64,000 bases of DNA, taken from Dehalococcoidia bacterium. GTDB lineage: Bacteria > Chloroflexota > Dehalococcoidia > Lucifugimonadales > UBA3495. The translations under genes were made by a program, and so were the position numbers. Under the pieces are notes generated by a model, which was not told the DNA's origin, searched no databases, and worked only from the letters and a program-made list of their open reading frames with translations. Of this stretch, positions 1 to 10,944 are shown piece after piece (within the stretch, counting starts at the first letter, position 1; every line of letters starts with the position of its first letter). The stretch covers positions 1,538,778-1,602,777 of the forward strand of contig OZ242042.1 of assembly GCA_965204905.1 (NCBI GenBank). The letters are read 5' to 3'.

Positions 1-782
1 TCTGCGAAGACCATGGCCCGCGTGGCTCCGGCGTCCTCGTATGCCTTCAGGACCTCGGGGTCGGCCGGTTGCCCGAACACCGATACTTCTATGGTGTGCG
101 GGTCGCGGCCGGCCTCTTGCGCTAGCCGGACTATTTCCTCGCGTGTTGCGTTCAGTTGTTCCGGCGTGATGCGATTGGGCATCCAGCCGTCGCCCCAGCT
201 CACCACGCGCCGCGCCACGTTGGGCGCATTCCCACCGATCAGCACCGGCGGGTGGGGCTTCTGCGCGGGTTTCGGCGACGAGTAGATTGGCGGGAAGTCG
301 ATGTGCTTCCCATGGAACTCTCCCGTTTCCTTGGTCCACAACTCTTTCATCGCCAGTATTGATTCGCGGGTGTACCCGATGCGTTGTCCGAACTCGATCC
401 CGAACAACTCGGTCTCTTCCCGCAACCAACCGGTACCAATGCCGAACAGGAAACGGCCACCGCTGAAATAGTCCAGGGTGGCGATCTCTTTCGCCAGCAG
501 TATCGGGTTCCGTTCCGGCACCAGGCAGATACCGGTACCCAGCTTCAGGGTGGACGTAACCCCGGAAGCCCTACCCAGCGCGACGAACGGGTCAACGCAC
601 TCGTAGTACATCTGTGGGATGACACCGTCCGGCGAACCTGGCCAGGGAGTTTTGGGCCCGGCGGGAATGGCCGGATGCTCAGGAACCCACAGCGATTCAA
701 AGCCGTGCCCCTCGCATGCTTGCGCCAACTCGGCGACGTCAATCGAAGACGGAGTAACGAACATTGCAATGCCGATATTCAT
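1..782 (-). CDS. LLM-class (luciferase-like) flavin/F420-dependent oxidoreductase; C-terminal part lies beyond the window edge
   Basis: Not in ORF track (no stop inside window). Reverse-strand translation from ATG at 782-780 reads MNIGIAMFVTPSSIDVAELAQACEGHGFESLWVPEHPAIP...LDYFSGGRFLFGIGTGWLREE...KPHPPVLIGGNAPNVARR, a typical LLM TIM-barrel sequence. Confidence 0.85.
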   Translation of the reverse strand, partial: MNIGIAMFVTPSSIDVAELAQACEGHGFESLWVPEHPAIPAGPKTPWPGSPDGVIPQMYYECVDPFVALGRASGVTSTLKLGTGICLVPERNPILLAKEIATLDYFSGGRFLFGIGTGWLREETELFGIEFGQRIGYTRESILAMKELWTKETGEFHGKHIDFPPIYSSPKPAQKPHPPVLIGGNAPNVARRVVSWGDGWMPNRITPEQLNATREEIVRLAQEAGRDPHTIEVSVFGQPADPEVLKAYEDAGATRAMVFA

Positions 783-839
783 TGCGTTGACCTCAAAATT
801 AGATGACTTACATTCTGAATCCTGGACAGTCATTATAGT

Positions 840-867
840 GTAAGGGCGACGCATGCGTCGCCCTTAC
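840..867. repeat. Perfect 28-nt palindrome GTAAGGGCGACGCATGCGTCGCCCTTAC (REP-like hairpin, probable terminator of the NIPSNAP gene)
   Basis: Self-complementary over its whole length. Lies 23 nt downstream of the stop at 891. Ends GTAAGGGC...GCCCTTAC resemble the elements at 34239, 35749, 58258 and 62034. Confidence 0.8.
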
Positions 868-890
868 AGCAGTCACGAGTTTGGCCGACG

Positions 891-1508
891 TTATGCGTGC
901 GGTGAGAAGCTGGCCGGCACCAGCACCTTAGTTGACTGGTTGACCAGGAATTCCCGGGTTGGCGGCGGCCAGTGCGGCGTCGCCGATGCCTCGGCGCGGA
1001 TCTTGTCACGTTCGGCCAGATCCTGATAAGGCCAGATGTGGACCCACTTGTTCAGCCCACCGATGTCGCTGTACATCCCAGCGGCCAACGGCGAGAATTT
1101 TTCGCGGTGCTCGATGGCGGCGGACCAGATGTCCAGCACCTTGGGCATGGCGCCGTTCTGGTATTCGTAGATCCGCATTTCGTAGATGTTGCCCTGCTTC
1201 TGGCCGCCACCCATGGGTCGCATGAAGGGCGCCGGATGGAAAATCTCCGATTCCATGTGCAGGATGGTGCCCTGGCTGTCCGGGGGCCAGTTCGGGTCCT
1301 TGGCGGAAGCCGCCCGAACCTCGGCGCGCTCGTCCAGGCTCTCGTAGGGCCAGATGTGGATGACCTGGTTCAGGGGGCCAATCTCGGTGTGGAAAAAGGC
1401 GGCGAGTTTCGAGTACTTTTCCCGGTGGGGTAGAGCCTTCTCAAAAGCCTCTTCAAAAATGGGCACGCCGCCGGGCTTAAGATCGTAAGTCCGGACTTCG
1501 TAAATCAT
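891..1508 (-). CDS. NIPSNAP family protein (two tandem NIPSNAP domains)
   Basis: ORF track 205 aa. Internal duplication is visible (MIYEVRTYDLKPGG...IHIWPYESLDERAEVR and IYEMRIYEYQNGAM...VHIWPYQDLAERDKIR), characteristic of NIPSNAP. Confidence 0.85.
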   Translation of the reverse strand: MIYEVRTYDLKPGGVPIFEEAFEKALPHREKYSKLAAFFHTEIGPLNQVIHIWPYESLDERAEVRAASAKDPNWPPDSQGTILHMESEIFHPAPFMRPMGGGQKQGNIYEMRIYEYQNGAMPKVLDIWSAAIEHREKFSPLAAGMYSDIGGLNKWVHIWPYQDLAERDKIRAEASATPHWPPPTREFLVNQSTKVLVPASFSPHA

Positions 1509-1614
1509 CTAACCGTACCTCCTGGGTTTCCGTGATGCTAACCGCCGCACGCCCAACCCGGGCGCCGGCGCAACGCCGGCAGTCTAGCAAATGCCCGGTT
1601 GAGCAGCAACCGGC

Positions 1615-1623
1615 TGCTATAAT
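1615..1623 (+). promoter_or_regulatory. Extended -10 promoter element TGcTATAAT upstream of the MmgE/PrpD gene
   Basis: TG at 1615-1616, TATAAT at 1618-1623, about 50 nt upstream of the ATG at 1676. No good -35, as usual for extended -10 promoters. The same TGCTATAATCC string recurs at 26822. Confidence 0.5.
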
Positions 1624-1675
1624 CCGCAATACCATGCGAGATGCGATTGTCTTTGCCAATAGGAGGTTTCAGACC

Positions 1676-3043
1676 ATGGGCGCAACTGAAAAAGTAGCCA
1701 AGTGGATCGTGGAGACGACATACGAAGATATTCCCCCCGATGCGATTCGCGTCGCCAATGAGTCCTGCTTCGACCTGGTGGGTGTGATTCTCGCCGGCTC
1801 TACTCAAAGGCTCGGCGACATCATACGCAACTATGCCGGCGAACTGGGCGGAACCGAGGAAGCTACCATTCTTGCCACCGGCGAGCGGACTTCTGCGCTC
1901 AACGCCGCCCTGGTCAACGGCACCATGGGCCACGCTCTCGACTATGACGACTTCGGCGGCTTCGGGCACCCTACAGTGGCCATCTTTCCGGCCCTCCTGG
2001 CCCTTGGCGAAAGCATTGGGGCTACCGGGCGCGATCTCATGGGGGCTTACGTTGTGGGCTGCGAAGTCGGTCTCGCCGTGGACTACGCTACCCACTACCA
2101 CGGTCAGCAGATGCACCGTGGCTTCCACAGCACGGCCATTCTCGGCAGGTTGGCTGCCGCTGCTGCGTGCGCCAAGCTGTTGAAACTCGACGAAGGGCAG
2201 ACCACGATGGCCCTCGGGATGGCGGGTTCCATGGCCGGCGGCGTGATCCACAATTTCGGCACCATGACCAAGCCGCTGCACGCCGGCATGACCTGCCGCG
2301 ACGGAGTGATGGCCGCCCAACTCGCGCAACGAGGGTTCACGGCCGGTGACCAGATCCTTGAGCATCCCGTCGGGTTCACCGCCACCGTTATCGGCGACGA
2401 ACACACCGACCTGGAGGCAGCGGCCGATAAATTGGGCAAGCCTTTCCACGTGCAGGACGCACTGATGATCAAGAAGTATCCTTCCTGCGGCGGCAACCAC
2501 GCCATGCTGGACAGCGTGTTCGGCCTGATGCGAGAGCATGATTTCGGGTACGAGGACGTTGCCAACGCCGAGATCGTGCAGTCCTACGCCTCGACGGTGA
2601 TGCTGTACGAGGAGCCGGAAACCGACCTCAAGGGGAAGTTCAGCGCGAAGTACAACATGGCGGCGGCCCTGGTGGATGGCCGGATAGGCATCGACACGTT
2701 CACCGACGAGAAGGTTGCCGACCCGGACGTTACTGACATGATGGAGCGAGTGAACATCCGCGTCCAATCCAAGTTTGAGCAAGGTGGCGGCACGGTATCC
2801 AAGGGAGTACCCATCCGCGTAACCTTGAGGGACGGACGGGTTATCGAGCATGAAACGGCTCGCGGCTCCATCCTGGGCAGCCAGGCCAACCCCTGGGGAA
2901 TGGACAACATCGCCGGCAAGTTCCGGGACAATGTCGGGTTGGTGCTCTCCCAAGATCGCGTCGATGATGCCGTCAGGCAATGGCAGGACGTGACGCAGGT
3001 TGAGGATGTGGGGGCGGCGATACGGGAGACGCTCATCGGGTAG
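1676..3043 (+). CDS. MmgE/PrpD family protein (2-methylcitrate dehydratase-like)
   Basis: ORF 1532..3043 trimmed to ATG 1676, preceded by AGGAGG at 1661-1666. Sequence MGATEKVAKWIVETTYEDIPPDAIRVANESCFD...GTMGHALDYDDF is typical of PrpD/MmgE. Confidence 0.9.
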   Translation: MGATEKVAKWIVETTYEDIPPDAIRVANESCFDLVGVILAGSTQRLGDIIRNYAGELGGTEEATILATGERTSALNAALVNGTMGHALDYDDFGGFGHPTVAIFPALLALGESIGATGRDLMGAYVVGCEVGLAVDYATHYHGQQMHRGFHSTAILGRLAAAAACAKLLKLDEGQTTMALGMAGSMAGGVIHNFGTMTKPLHAGMTCRDGVMAAQLAQRGFTAGDQILEHPVGFTATVIGDEHTDLEAAADKLGKPFHVQDALMIKKYPSCGGNHAMLDSVFGLMREHDFGYEDVANAEIVQSYASTVMLYEEPETDLKGKFSAKYNMAAALVDGRIGIDTFTDEKVADPDVTDMMERVNIRVQSKFEQGGGTVSKGVPIRVTLRDGRVIEHETARGSILGSQANPWGMDNIAGKFRDNVGLVLSQDRVDDAVRQWQDVTQVEDVGAAIRETLIG

Positions 3044-3067
3044 GGAGGCAATCTCCGGGGAACAACA

Positions 3068-3100
3068 TTGAGGCGACCACCTATGTAGTGGTCGCCTCAA
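3068..3100 (+). terminator. Stem-loop TTGAGGCGACCAC-ctatgta-GTGGTCGCCTCAA downstream of the PrpD-like gene
   Basis: 13-bp perfect stem with a 7-nt loop, 25 nt after the stop at 3043. No U-tract, so it may act as a REP-like or bidirectional element. Confidence 0.6.
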
Positions 3101-3204
3101 ACGGTTCCTACAGGTATGGATGGTAAAATGATAGAGATTGGAAGCGGCTTCACTTACACACCCTCCAGTGGTGATTGATAGGGTCCATAAGTGAAAGGAA
3201 GCTA

Positions 3205-3441
3205 ATGATGCGTAATTCTGTAGGTCTCGGGTGGTTGGGCTTCGCCGCAGGAAGTGGATTAGTAGCCCTCGCGGTATGGATATGGATATTTGCGGACTGC
3301 GATCCACTGTACGTTGCGTTCCCGCCGGCGGGATTGGGCTGCAACGTGTCGGTAGGTTTGCTGGGCGTGGGAGCTATAGGCGCTTTGGTTGGGGCGCTGA
3401 CGGCGCTGACGGTGCATATCATCCACGCTCCTACAGAATGA
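3205..3441 (+). CDS. Small hypothetical membrane protein (about 78 aa, two predicted TM helices)
   Basis: ORF 3175..3441 trimmed to ATGATG at 3205, preceded by AAAGGAAG. Hydrophobic stretches GLGWLGFAAGSGLVALAVWIWIF and VGLLGVGAIGALVGALTALTV. Lies in a locally AT-richer stretch. No recognisable family. Confidence 0.45.
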   Translation: MMRNSVGLGWLGFAAGSGLVALAVWIWIFADCDPLYVAFPPAGLGCNVSVGLLGVGAIGALVGALTALTVHIIHAPTE

Positions 3442-3464
3442 CCTGCGTTTAAAGGTCACTTAGC

Positions 3465-3653
3465 ATGAACCGGAGGCTTCACTTGCTGGTACACGGTGTG
3501 CTGTTCGGGTTTTTCTTCCTCGCCGCAGTTGTTTCGGTAATCATATGGTTTTCGACGTTCAGTGTAGCGGCGGCCGGCATATCTGCGACGATTGCTGCCT
3601 TCTTTGCTACTGCCAGCGCGTTCATTGACCGGCTGTTCCCCGGTCAAGGGTAA
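3465..3653 (+). CDS. Small hypothetical membrane protein (62 aa, two predicted TM helices)
   Basis: ORF track. LLVHGVLFGFFFLAAVVSVIIWF and AAAGISATIAAFFATASAF are hydrophobic. No recognisable family. Confidence 0.4.
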   Translation: MNRRLHLLVHGVLFGFFFLAAVVSVIIWFSTFSVAAAGISATIAAFFATASAFIDRLFPGQG

Positions 3654-3691
3654 GCGCCTTCGGTCAGCGTCCAAGTAGGACGAGAACCTTT

Positions 3692-5095
3692 TTAGTCGTC
3701 GTCCATCGGTTCGGGCATTAGGACGAATTCGGGGTAGGATTCCATGCCGAGCTCGGCGGTGTCCTGACCCAGCCGTTCCGCATCCTCTGACACCCTGACT
3801 CCGATAGTCTTTTCGATGGCGAACCAGGCTACCCACGAGACGCCGAACACGAAGGCTCCAATGGAGAGGATGCCGATCAACTGCACGACAAAGTTCCCGC
3901 CGGCCGCGATGCACACGGCAATCGTGCCCCAGATACCAGCGAACAGATGCACCGGCACTGCGCCTACCACGTCGTCAACCTTCACGATTTCTAGGAGCTT
4001 GATCCCGCCGGTACAAATTGCGGCGCCAACTATGCCGATGAGTACCGACCAAGCGTGAGGCACGATGTCGGGACCGGCCGTGATAGATACCAGCCCGGCC
4101 AGCCCTCCGTTCAGGCCTACCAGAAGGTCAATGCGCCCGAACACCAGCCGGGACAGAGACAGCGCGGTGATGACTCCGGCCGCCGCCGCCAGATTGGTAT
4201 TGACCAGAACGTTGCTCATGGCAACTGCATCCAGCGCCGAACCCAACGCTAGCTGAGAACCGCCGTTGAATCCGAACCAACCGAACCAGAGGACGAACAC
4301 TCCCAGCGTTACCAACACTACATTGGACGGTGGCGTGGTACGGGCCGTACCATCACGCCGGAATTTACCCAGTCGTGGGCCGACTACCAATGCTCCGGCC
4401 AGGGCTGCCCAGCCTCCGGTGCTGTGGACGATGGTGGATCCCGCAAAGTCCTGGAAACCCATTTCGGCCAGCCAGCCGCCGCCCCAAGTCCACGACCCGA
4501 TGATTGGGTACAGGAATGCAGTCAGCAGCAGGGTGAACAGGAAGAAACTCCACATCTTGACGCGCTCAGCCAACGCCCCGGAGATTATCGACGCCGTGGT
4601 GGCCACGAACACCATCTGGAAGAACCAGTCGGACATCACGGAATACCCGTTGTCCACCACCGCGCCGAGAGCGGATTCGTCGCCGCCCAACAGCGCCAGT
4701 TCGTCGCCGGAGGGACCATACAGCGGCCACACCACCGTGCCGATAAAGCCCTGGACGTTGTTGTACATCAGGTTGTAGCCGATGAAGTAGAAAGCCAAAC
4801 CGGCAATGGAGTACAACCCGATGTTCTTCAGACAAATCATCGAGGCGTTTTTCGTCCGCACGGAGCCGGCTTCCAGCATGGTGAACCCGGCGCACATCCA
4901 CATCACCAGCGCGCCCCAGATCAGGAAGGCAAAGGTGTTGAGCACGAATTGGGTTTCGGTATCGACGCCGGCGGCGTGGGCCACGTGGGGCCAGGCGACG
5001 AACACCAAGGCCGGCAGCGTCAATGCCGTAGCAATGGCCGCGATGCGGACCCGACGAAATGGCAGACTCATCAAGAAGCTCATGGTCAATCTCAC
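3692..5095 (-). CDS. amt: Ammonium transporter (Amt family)
   Basis: ORF track 467 aa with N-terminal signal-like segment, then FLIWGALVMWMCAGFTMLEAGSVRTKN, GSTIVHSTGGWAALAGALVVGPRLGKF and FGWFGFNGGS, all hallmark Amt motifs. The start is either GTG 5095 or ATG 5083. Confidence 0.93.
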   Translation of the reverse strand: MRLTMSFLMSLPFRRVRIAAIATALTLPALVFVAWPHVAHAAGVDTETQFVLNTFAFLIWGALVMWMCAGFTMLEAGSVRTKNASMICLKNIGLYSIAGLAFYFIGYNLMYNNVQGFIGTVVWPLYGPSGDELALLGGDESALGAVVDNGYSVMSDWFFQMVFVATTASIISGALAERVKMWSFFLFTLLLTAFLYPIIGSWTWGGGWLAEMGFQDFAGSTIVHSTGGWAALAGALVVGPRLGKFRRDGTARTTPPSNVVLVTLGVFVLWFGWFGFNGGSQLALGSALDAVAMSNVLVNTNLAAAAGVITALSLSRLVFGRIDLLVGLNGGLAGLVSITAGPDIVPHAWSVLIGIVGAAICTGGIKLLEIVKVDDVVGAVPVHLFAGIWGTIAVCIAAGGNFVVQLIGILSIGAFVFGVSWVAWFAIEKTIGVRVSEDAERLGQDTAELGMESYPEFVLMPEPMDDD

Positions 5096-5142
5096 GGTGG
5101 ATGGGTACGAGTAGCCGTAAGTCGATGCCAGTTGCGATTGAG

Positions 5143-5580
5143 CTACGGTTCGAGCCGGATCGCGTCGCCCACCTTGATTTCACCGCCCTGCAAGACGACC
5201 GTGAGGATGCCGCGCTTGCCGAAGATCTCCTCGCGCAGTCCGGGTATGAGAGCGTCCATTTTCTGGCACGGCTCGCAGTCCCCGGTCACTTCCAGAGTAA
5301 CGTGATTTTCGTCGTCTCCGATGAAAAAGACATGGCCCTGACGGGCTCCCGACAGGTCCATCCCGGTTACGGTGATGTTTTCTTTGATTTGGCCCGGTTG
5401 AAGGCCGTAGTGGTCAAGGGTTTCCTGGTCCATCACCAGGACCTGCCGAAGGTTCCGAGGGTTGCGGCTCCGGTCGCCTTCCAGTCCCTCGGCGGATATG
5501 GCGCGCGCGGTGTCCACCGGGTCGGAGGGCGTGCCTTTAACGCGGGCGATGTGAAGATTGACGATAGTTCCGGATTGCAT
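5143..5580 (-). CDS. MOSC domain-containing protein
   Basis: ORF track 145 aa. ...RQVLVMDQETL...GQIKENITVTG...EVTGDCEPCQKMD...VLQGGEIKVGDAI matches the MOSC beta-barrel pattern with its conserved Cys. AGGAG lies 8 nt upstream of the ATG. Confidence 0.8.
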   Translation of the reverse strand: MQSGTIVNLHIARVKGTPSDPVDTARAISAEGLEGDRSRNPRNLRQVLVMDQETLDHYGLQPGQIKENITVTGMDLSGARQGHVFFIGDDENHVTLEVTGDCEPCQKMDALIPGLREEIFGKRGILTVVLQGGEIKVGDAIRLEP

Positions 5581-5682
5581 GGTATGACTCCTGCCGGCGT
5601 GTTACGTCGGGGTTAATCGCTGTGAGCGAATTGTAGGCGATGGCCGGGGGGTTGGCAAACGGCGGAGCGTTTCGCGGGATGA

Positions 5683-6015
5683 CTACCGGGTTGGGGCGGG
5701 CAGGTCCTGGAGGAGTAGGGCGCGGTAGCGTTTGTGGTCGGCCCAGGGGAGCAGTTGGAGGACGATTGACTCGGGCTCGGGGACGTCCTCCTGGCGTTGG
5801 ATGTCATCGAGGTAGCGACGGAGCCACATGAATCTGGGGAGTCGGAAGCCGGCATCGGCGATGCGCCCGATGACTTCGGCGGGTTCGGGAGGTTCAGAAG
5901 GGTCCCATTCGTCGGAGACGGCATCGGCGATGCGGCGGAGCTTGAGGATGGCGAGTTCGCGGGCGAACTTGCGCTTGAGGATGTTGATGCGGCGGCGGAT
6001 TTGGGAGATGGTCAT
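5683..6015 (-). CDS. Hypothetical protein (110 aa), no recognisable family
   Basis: ORF 5683..6072 trimmed to ATG 6015 (MTISQIRRRINILKRKF...) with GAGG 7 nt upstream. Basic helical N-terminus and acidic Pro/Glu-rich middle. Confidence 0.45.
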   Translation of the reverse strand: MTISQIRRRINILKRKFARELAILKLRRIADAVSDEWDPSEPPEPAEVIGRIADAGFRLPRFMWLRRYLDDIQRQEDVPEPESIVLQLLPWADHKRYRALLLQDLPAPTR

Positions 6016-6067
6016 GGGGTTGCCTCGGGGTTGATGGTCTGAATGTGGCGATTTTGGGGAAATCCCA

Positions 6068-6087
6068 CTCATTTCCGCTCATTTCCG
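6068..6087. repeat. Tandem direct repeat 2 x CTCATTTCCG
   Basis: Read directly: CTCATTTCCGCTCATTTCCG in the divergent intergenic region between the CDS at 5683-6015 and the CDS at 6428-7279. Confidence 0.7.
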
Positions 6088-6110
6088 TTTATTTGAGTAG
6101 GGCTATGAGC

Positions 6111-6154
6111 GGGTGGTGGGGGTGGAATGGGGGCGTCGAGGGCGGTTTTGGGGG
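6111..6154 (+). other. G-quadruplex-forming motif (five G3-G5 tracts) on the plus strand
   Basis: GGGtggtGGGGGtggaatGGGGGcgtcgaGGGcggttttGGGGG, with loops of 4 to 7 nt. Embedded in a G-rich, C-poor stretch of about 230 nt. Confidence 0.6.
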
Positions 6155-6427
6155 CGATATTGGTGGTTTTGGCGGGCTATTGAGAGGGTTTAAGGGCGGT
6201 GGTTCGACCCGCCAGAGGCGGACGTACCGCACCATGAGCGGGAGTTGGGCGATTGGATGGTTAAATGGTAAGGATGAGTGGGGGGTACGGGCAAGGGAGG
6301 AAGTGTCACTAAGGAGAGGAGATCAGCAACGTTAAAGAGCGAGGTAGCCCCTATTCCCCCGCGCGGGTAGAATGCAATCCAATCTGTTGCCTCGGCCAGT
6401 TCGCCGGGGTTTGGTGAGGCTATCGCT

Positions 6428-7279
6428 ATGGCATACGAATTTATCAAGACCGACGTGGTTGACGGGGTGCTGGTGATGACGATGCACGATCCGCCAACGC
6501 GCAATGCGCTGGGGCCGGACATGGCCGCGGAGATGTTCGAGCGGCTGGACGAGTTTGAAAACAACCCCGAGGAGCGCGTGCTGGTCCTGACCGGCACCGA
6601 GCCGTCCTTTTGCTCCGGCGCCAACGTGCGCGGTTTTCGCCGCCGGATTGATGAGCGGGAAGCCGAGGAAGAGCCGGAGCCGCTGACCTGGGGGAAAATG
6701 GAATACATGAAGGGCCGCCAGAGCCGGGTTGAAAGCGGCCCCAGGGTGAATTTCGTGCCCCTGCGAATCCACGATTTGCAAAAACCATCCGTCGCGGTGG
6801 TCAACGGCCCTGCCGCCGGGGTCGGTTGCGGGCTGGCCCTGTCCTGTGACATCCGGGTTGTCGGGGAAACCGGCCGGCTCTCGGAACGCTTTGTGCTGAA
6901 CGGCCTGATACCCGGAGACGGCAGTTGCTGGCAGTTGCCCAAGCTGATCGGCACCAGCAACACGTTGCTGTTGCAGTACACCGGGGACTGGATGGGTGGT
7001 GAGGACGCGGTGCGCATCGGCCTCGCCAGCAAATGCTTCCCAGACGACCAACTCATGGAAGGCGCGATGGAACTGGCGACGCGAATTGCCAAAGGTCCCA
7101 CGGTGGCCCATTCGTTGACCAAGTACCTGGTGCAGGAGAGCATGGACCTCTCTTTCCGTGAGGCCCTGGAGTTGGCGTCGGCGGCGCAGGAGCACGTCCG
7201 GAAGACCGAGGACCATAAGATCGCCGTCCAGTGGTTCCTGGACAAAAATCGCGGTATGCCGCCGTTTGTGGGCCGCTGA
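6428..7279 (+). CDS. Enoyl-CoA hydratase/isomerase (crotonase) family protein
   Basis: ORF track 283 aa. VLVLTGTEPSFCSGANV and VAVVNGPAAGVGCGLALSCDIRV are crotonase oxyanion-hole motifs. Confidence 0.9.
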   Translation: MAYEFIKTDVVDGVLVMTMHDPPTRNALGPDMAAEMFERLDEFENNPEERVLVLTGTEPSFCSGANVRGFRRRIDEREAEEEPEPLTWGKMEYMKGRQSRVESGPRVNFVPLRIHDLQKPSVAVVNGPAAGVGCGLALSCDIRVVGETGRLSERFVLNGLIPGDGSCWQLPKLIGTSNTLLLQYTGDWMGGEDAVRIGLASKCFPDDQLMEGAMELATRIAKGPTVAHSLTKYLVQESMDLSFREALELASAAQEHVRKTEDHKIAVQWFLDKNRGMPPFVGR

Positions 7280-7313
7280 GATCGCTATAGCGCCAAATGG
7301 CCGGTCTGAAACC

Positions 7314-7342
7314 CTTGACGGAAAGGGGGATTGGCTCTATAC
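7314..7342 (+). promoter_or_regulatory. Sigma70-type promoter of the 23S rRNA unit (TTGACG-17 nt-TATACT)
   Basis: -35 TTGACG at 7314-7319, a 17-nt spacer, and -10 TATACT at 7337-7342. Lies 35 nt downstream of the crotonase stop and about 165 nt upstream of the mature 23S 5' end. Confidence 0.7.
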
Positions 7343-7438
7343 TCCATTTCCGCCAACTGAACGGAAGCCGTTTTCTACGGATGCGGCAGTGCCACCGACG
7401 GCAGCGTCGGGGAGGCCACGAGCGGTTGGAGCACGTTA

Positions 7439-7505
7439 AAAACTGAATAGGAAGTTTGAACTGCATAAAAGAACCGAGTCTAGAGAATTTGAAGTTCCTA
7501 GCGTG

Positions 7506-7517
<12 letters not shown>
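7439..7517 (+). other. 5' half of the 23S rRNA processing stem
   Basis: AAACTGAATAGGAAGTTTGAACTG...GAACCGAG...GCGTGGGTCAAA is complementary to 10561-10650, read as reverse complement AAACTGAAATAGGAAGTCTGAACTG...GAACCGAG...GCGTGGGTCAAA. Confidence 0.8.
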
Positions 7518-10560
<3,043 letters not shown>

Positions 10561-10572
<12 letters not shown>

Positions 10573-10650
10573 ACGCCAGGAGCTTCTAATTCTTCTGGCT
10601 CGGTTCAGGTCAATTGCGACCCAGACAGTTCAGACTTCCTATTTCAGTTT
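10561..10650 (+). other. 3' half of the 23S rRNA processing stem
   Basis: Complementary to 7439-7517 (see that feature). Confidence 0.8.
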
Positions 10651-10663
10651 CTTCCAAGGACGA

Positions 10664-10738
10664 TGCGGGGTGGAGCAGTGGCAGCTCGTCGGGCTCATAA
10701 CCCGAAGGTCGTTGGTTCGAGTCCAACCCCCGCTACCA
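10664..10738 (+). tRNA. tRNA-Met, initiator type (anticodon CAT), CCA encoded
   Basis: TGCGGGGTGGAGCAGTGGCAGCTCGTCGGGCTCATAACCCGAAGGTCGTTGGTTCGAGTCCAACCCCCGCTACCA folds as a cloverleaf. It is near-identical to E. coli tRNA-fMet as I recall it, with three consecutive G-C pairs closing the anticodon stem (GGG/CCC) and an unpaired 1:72 position (T/T). Confidence 0.9.
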
Positions 10739-10751
10739 AAGTGCAAAATTT

Positions 10752-10773
10752 GGCCCCGGCGATTGCCGGGGCC
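10752..10773 (+). terminator. GC-rich hairpin GGCCCCGGC-gatt-GCCGGGGCC ending the rrl-tRNA unit
   Basis: 9-bp perfect stem 14 nt after the tRNA CCA end. No clear U-tract follows. Confidence 0.55.
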
Positions 10774-10944
10774 GTGCTATGTAGTGTAATCCCATCGTAT
10801 CCGCAGCTATGGGGCATGCTTGCATGGAGCATTCCTGCACGGGAAGGGATTTTCGTAGCGTCTTTCCCGAGCCGCTTCAATTGCCATCGCGTAGTTGTCG
10901 TGTTCGTACAGCGAAACCCAATCGTCACAGCGTGTCAATAGACG

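Noticed and set aside
1538-3307. 589-aa ORF antisense to the MmgE/PrpD gene. Similar long antisense ORFs occur at 6190-7245, 11784-12839, 16516-17349, 17563-18273, 19426-20313, 24022-25635, 27795-28634, 32046-33077, 34249-35223, 35901-37001, 42066-42986, 46247-47020, 48988-49833, 51781-52638, 57056-57889, 58290-59054, 59088-59957 and 61181-61942
   Set aside because: Each lies opposite a CDS with clear family motifs. Their translations are low-complexity and Arg/Gly/Pro/His-rich with no recognisable domains, as expected for stop-poor antisense frames in GC-rich DNA
6045-6335. Gly/Trp-rich 96-aa ORF (…MSGWWGWNGGVEGGFGGDIGGFGGLLRGFKGGG…) that superficially resembles a glycine-rich bacteriocin precursor
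   Set aside because: Its composition simply mirrors the G-rich DNA strand. The SD is weak, there are no processing, export or immunity genes nearby, and third-position GC looks lower than in the real genes. It is kept only as a remark within the intergenic-region finding
10807-10938. 43-codon minus-strand ORF (TTG start; LTRCDDWVSLYEHDNYAMAIEAARERRYENPFPCRNAPCKHAP) in the AT-richer gap between the tRNA and the first Uma2 gene
   Set aside because: Too short, with no SD and no family I recognise. It could be a gene remnant, but I cannot support it as a feature
10663-10941. ORFs 10663-10941 (+) and 10695-10928 (-)
   Set aside because: They overlap the tRNA gene and its terminator. There is no SD and no recognisable sequence
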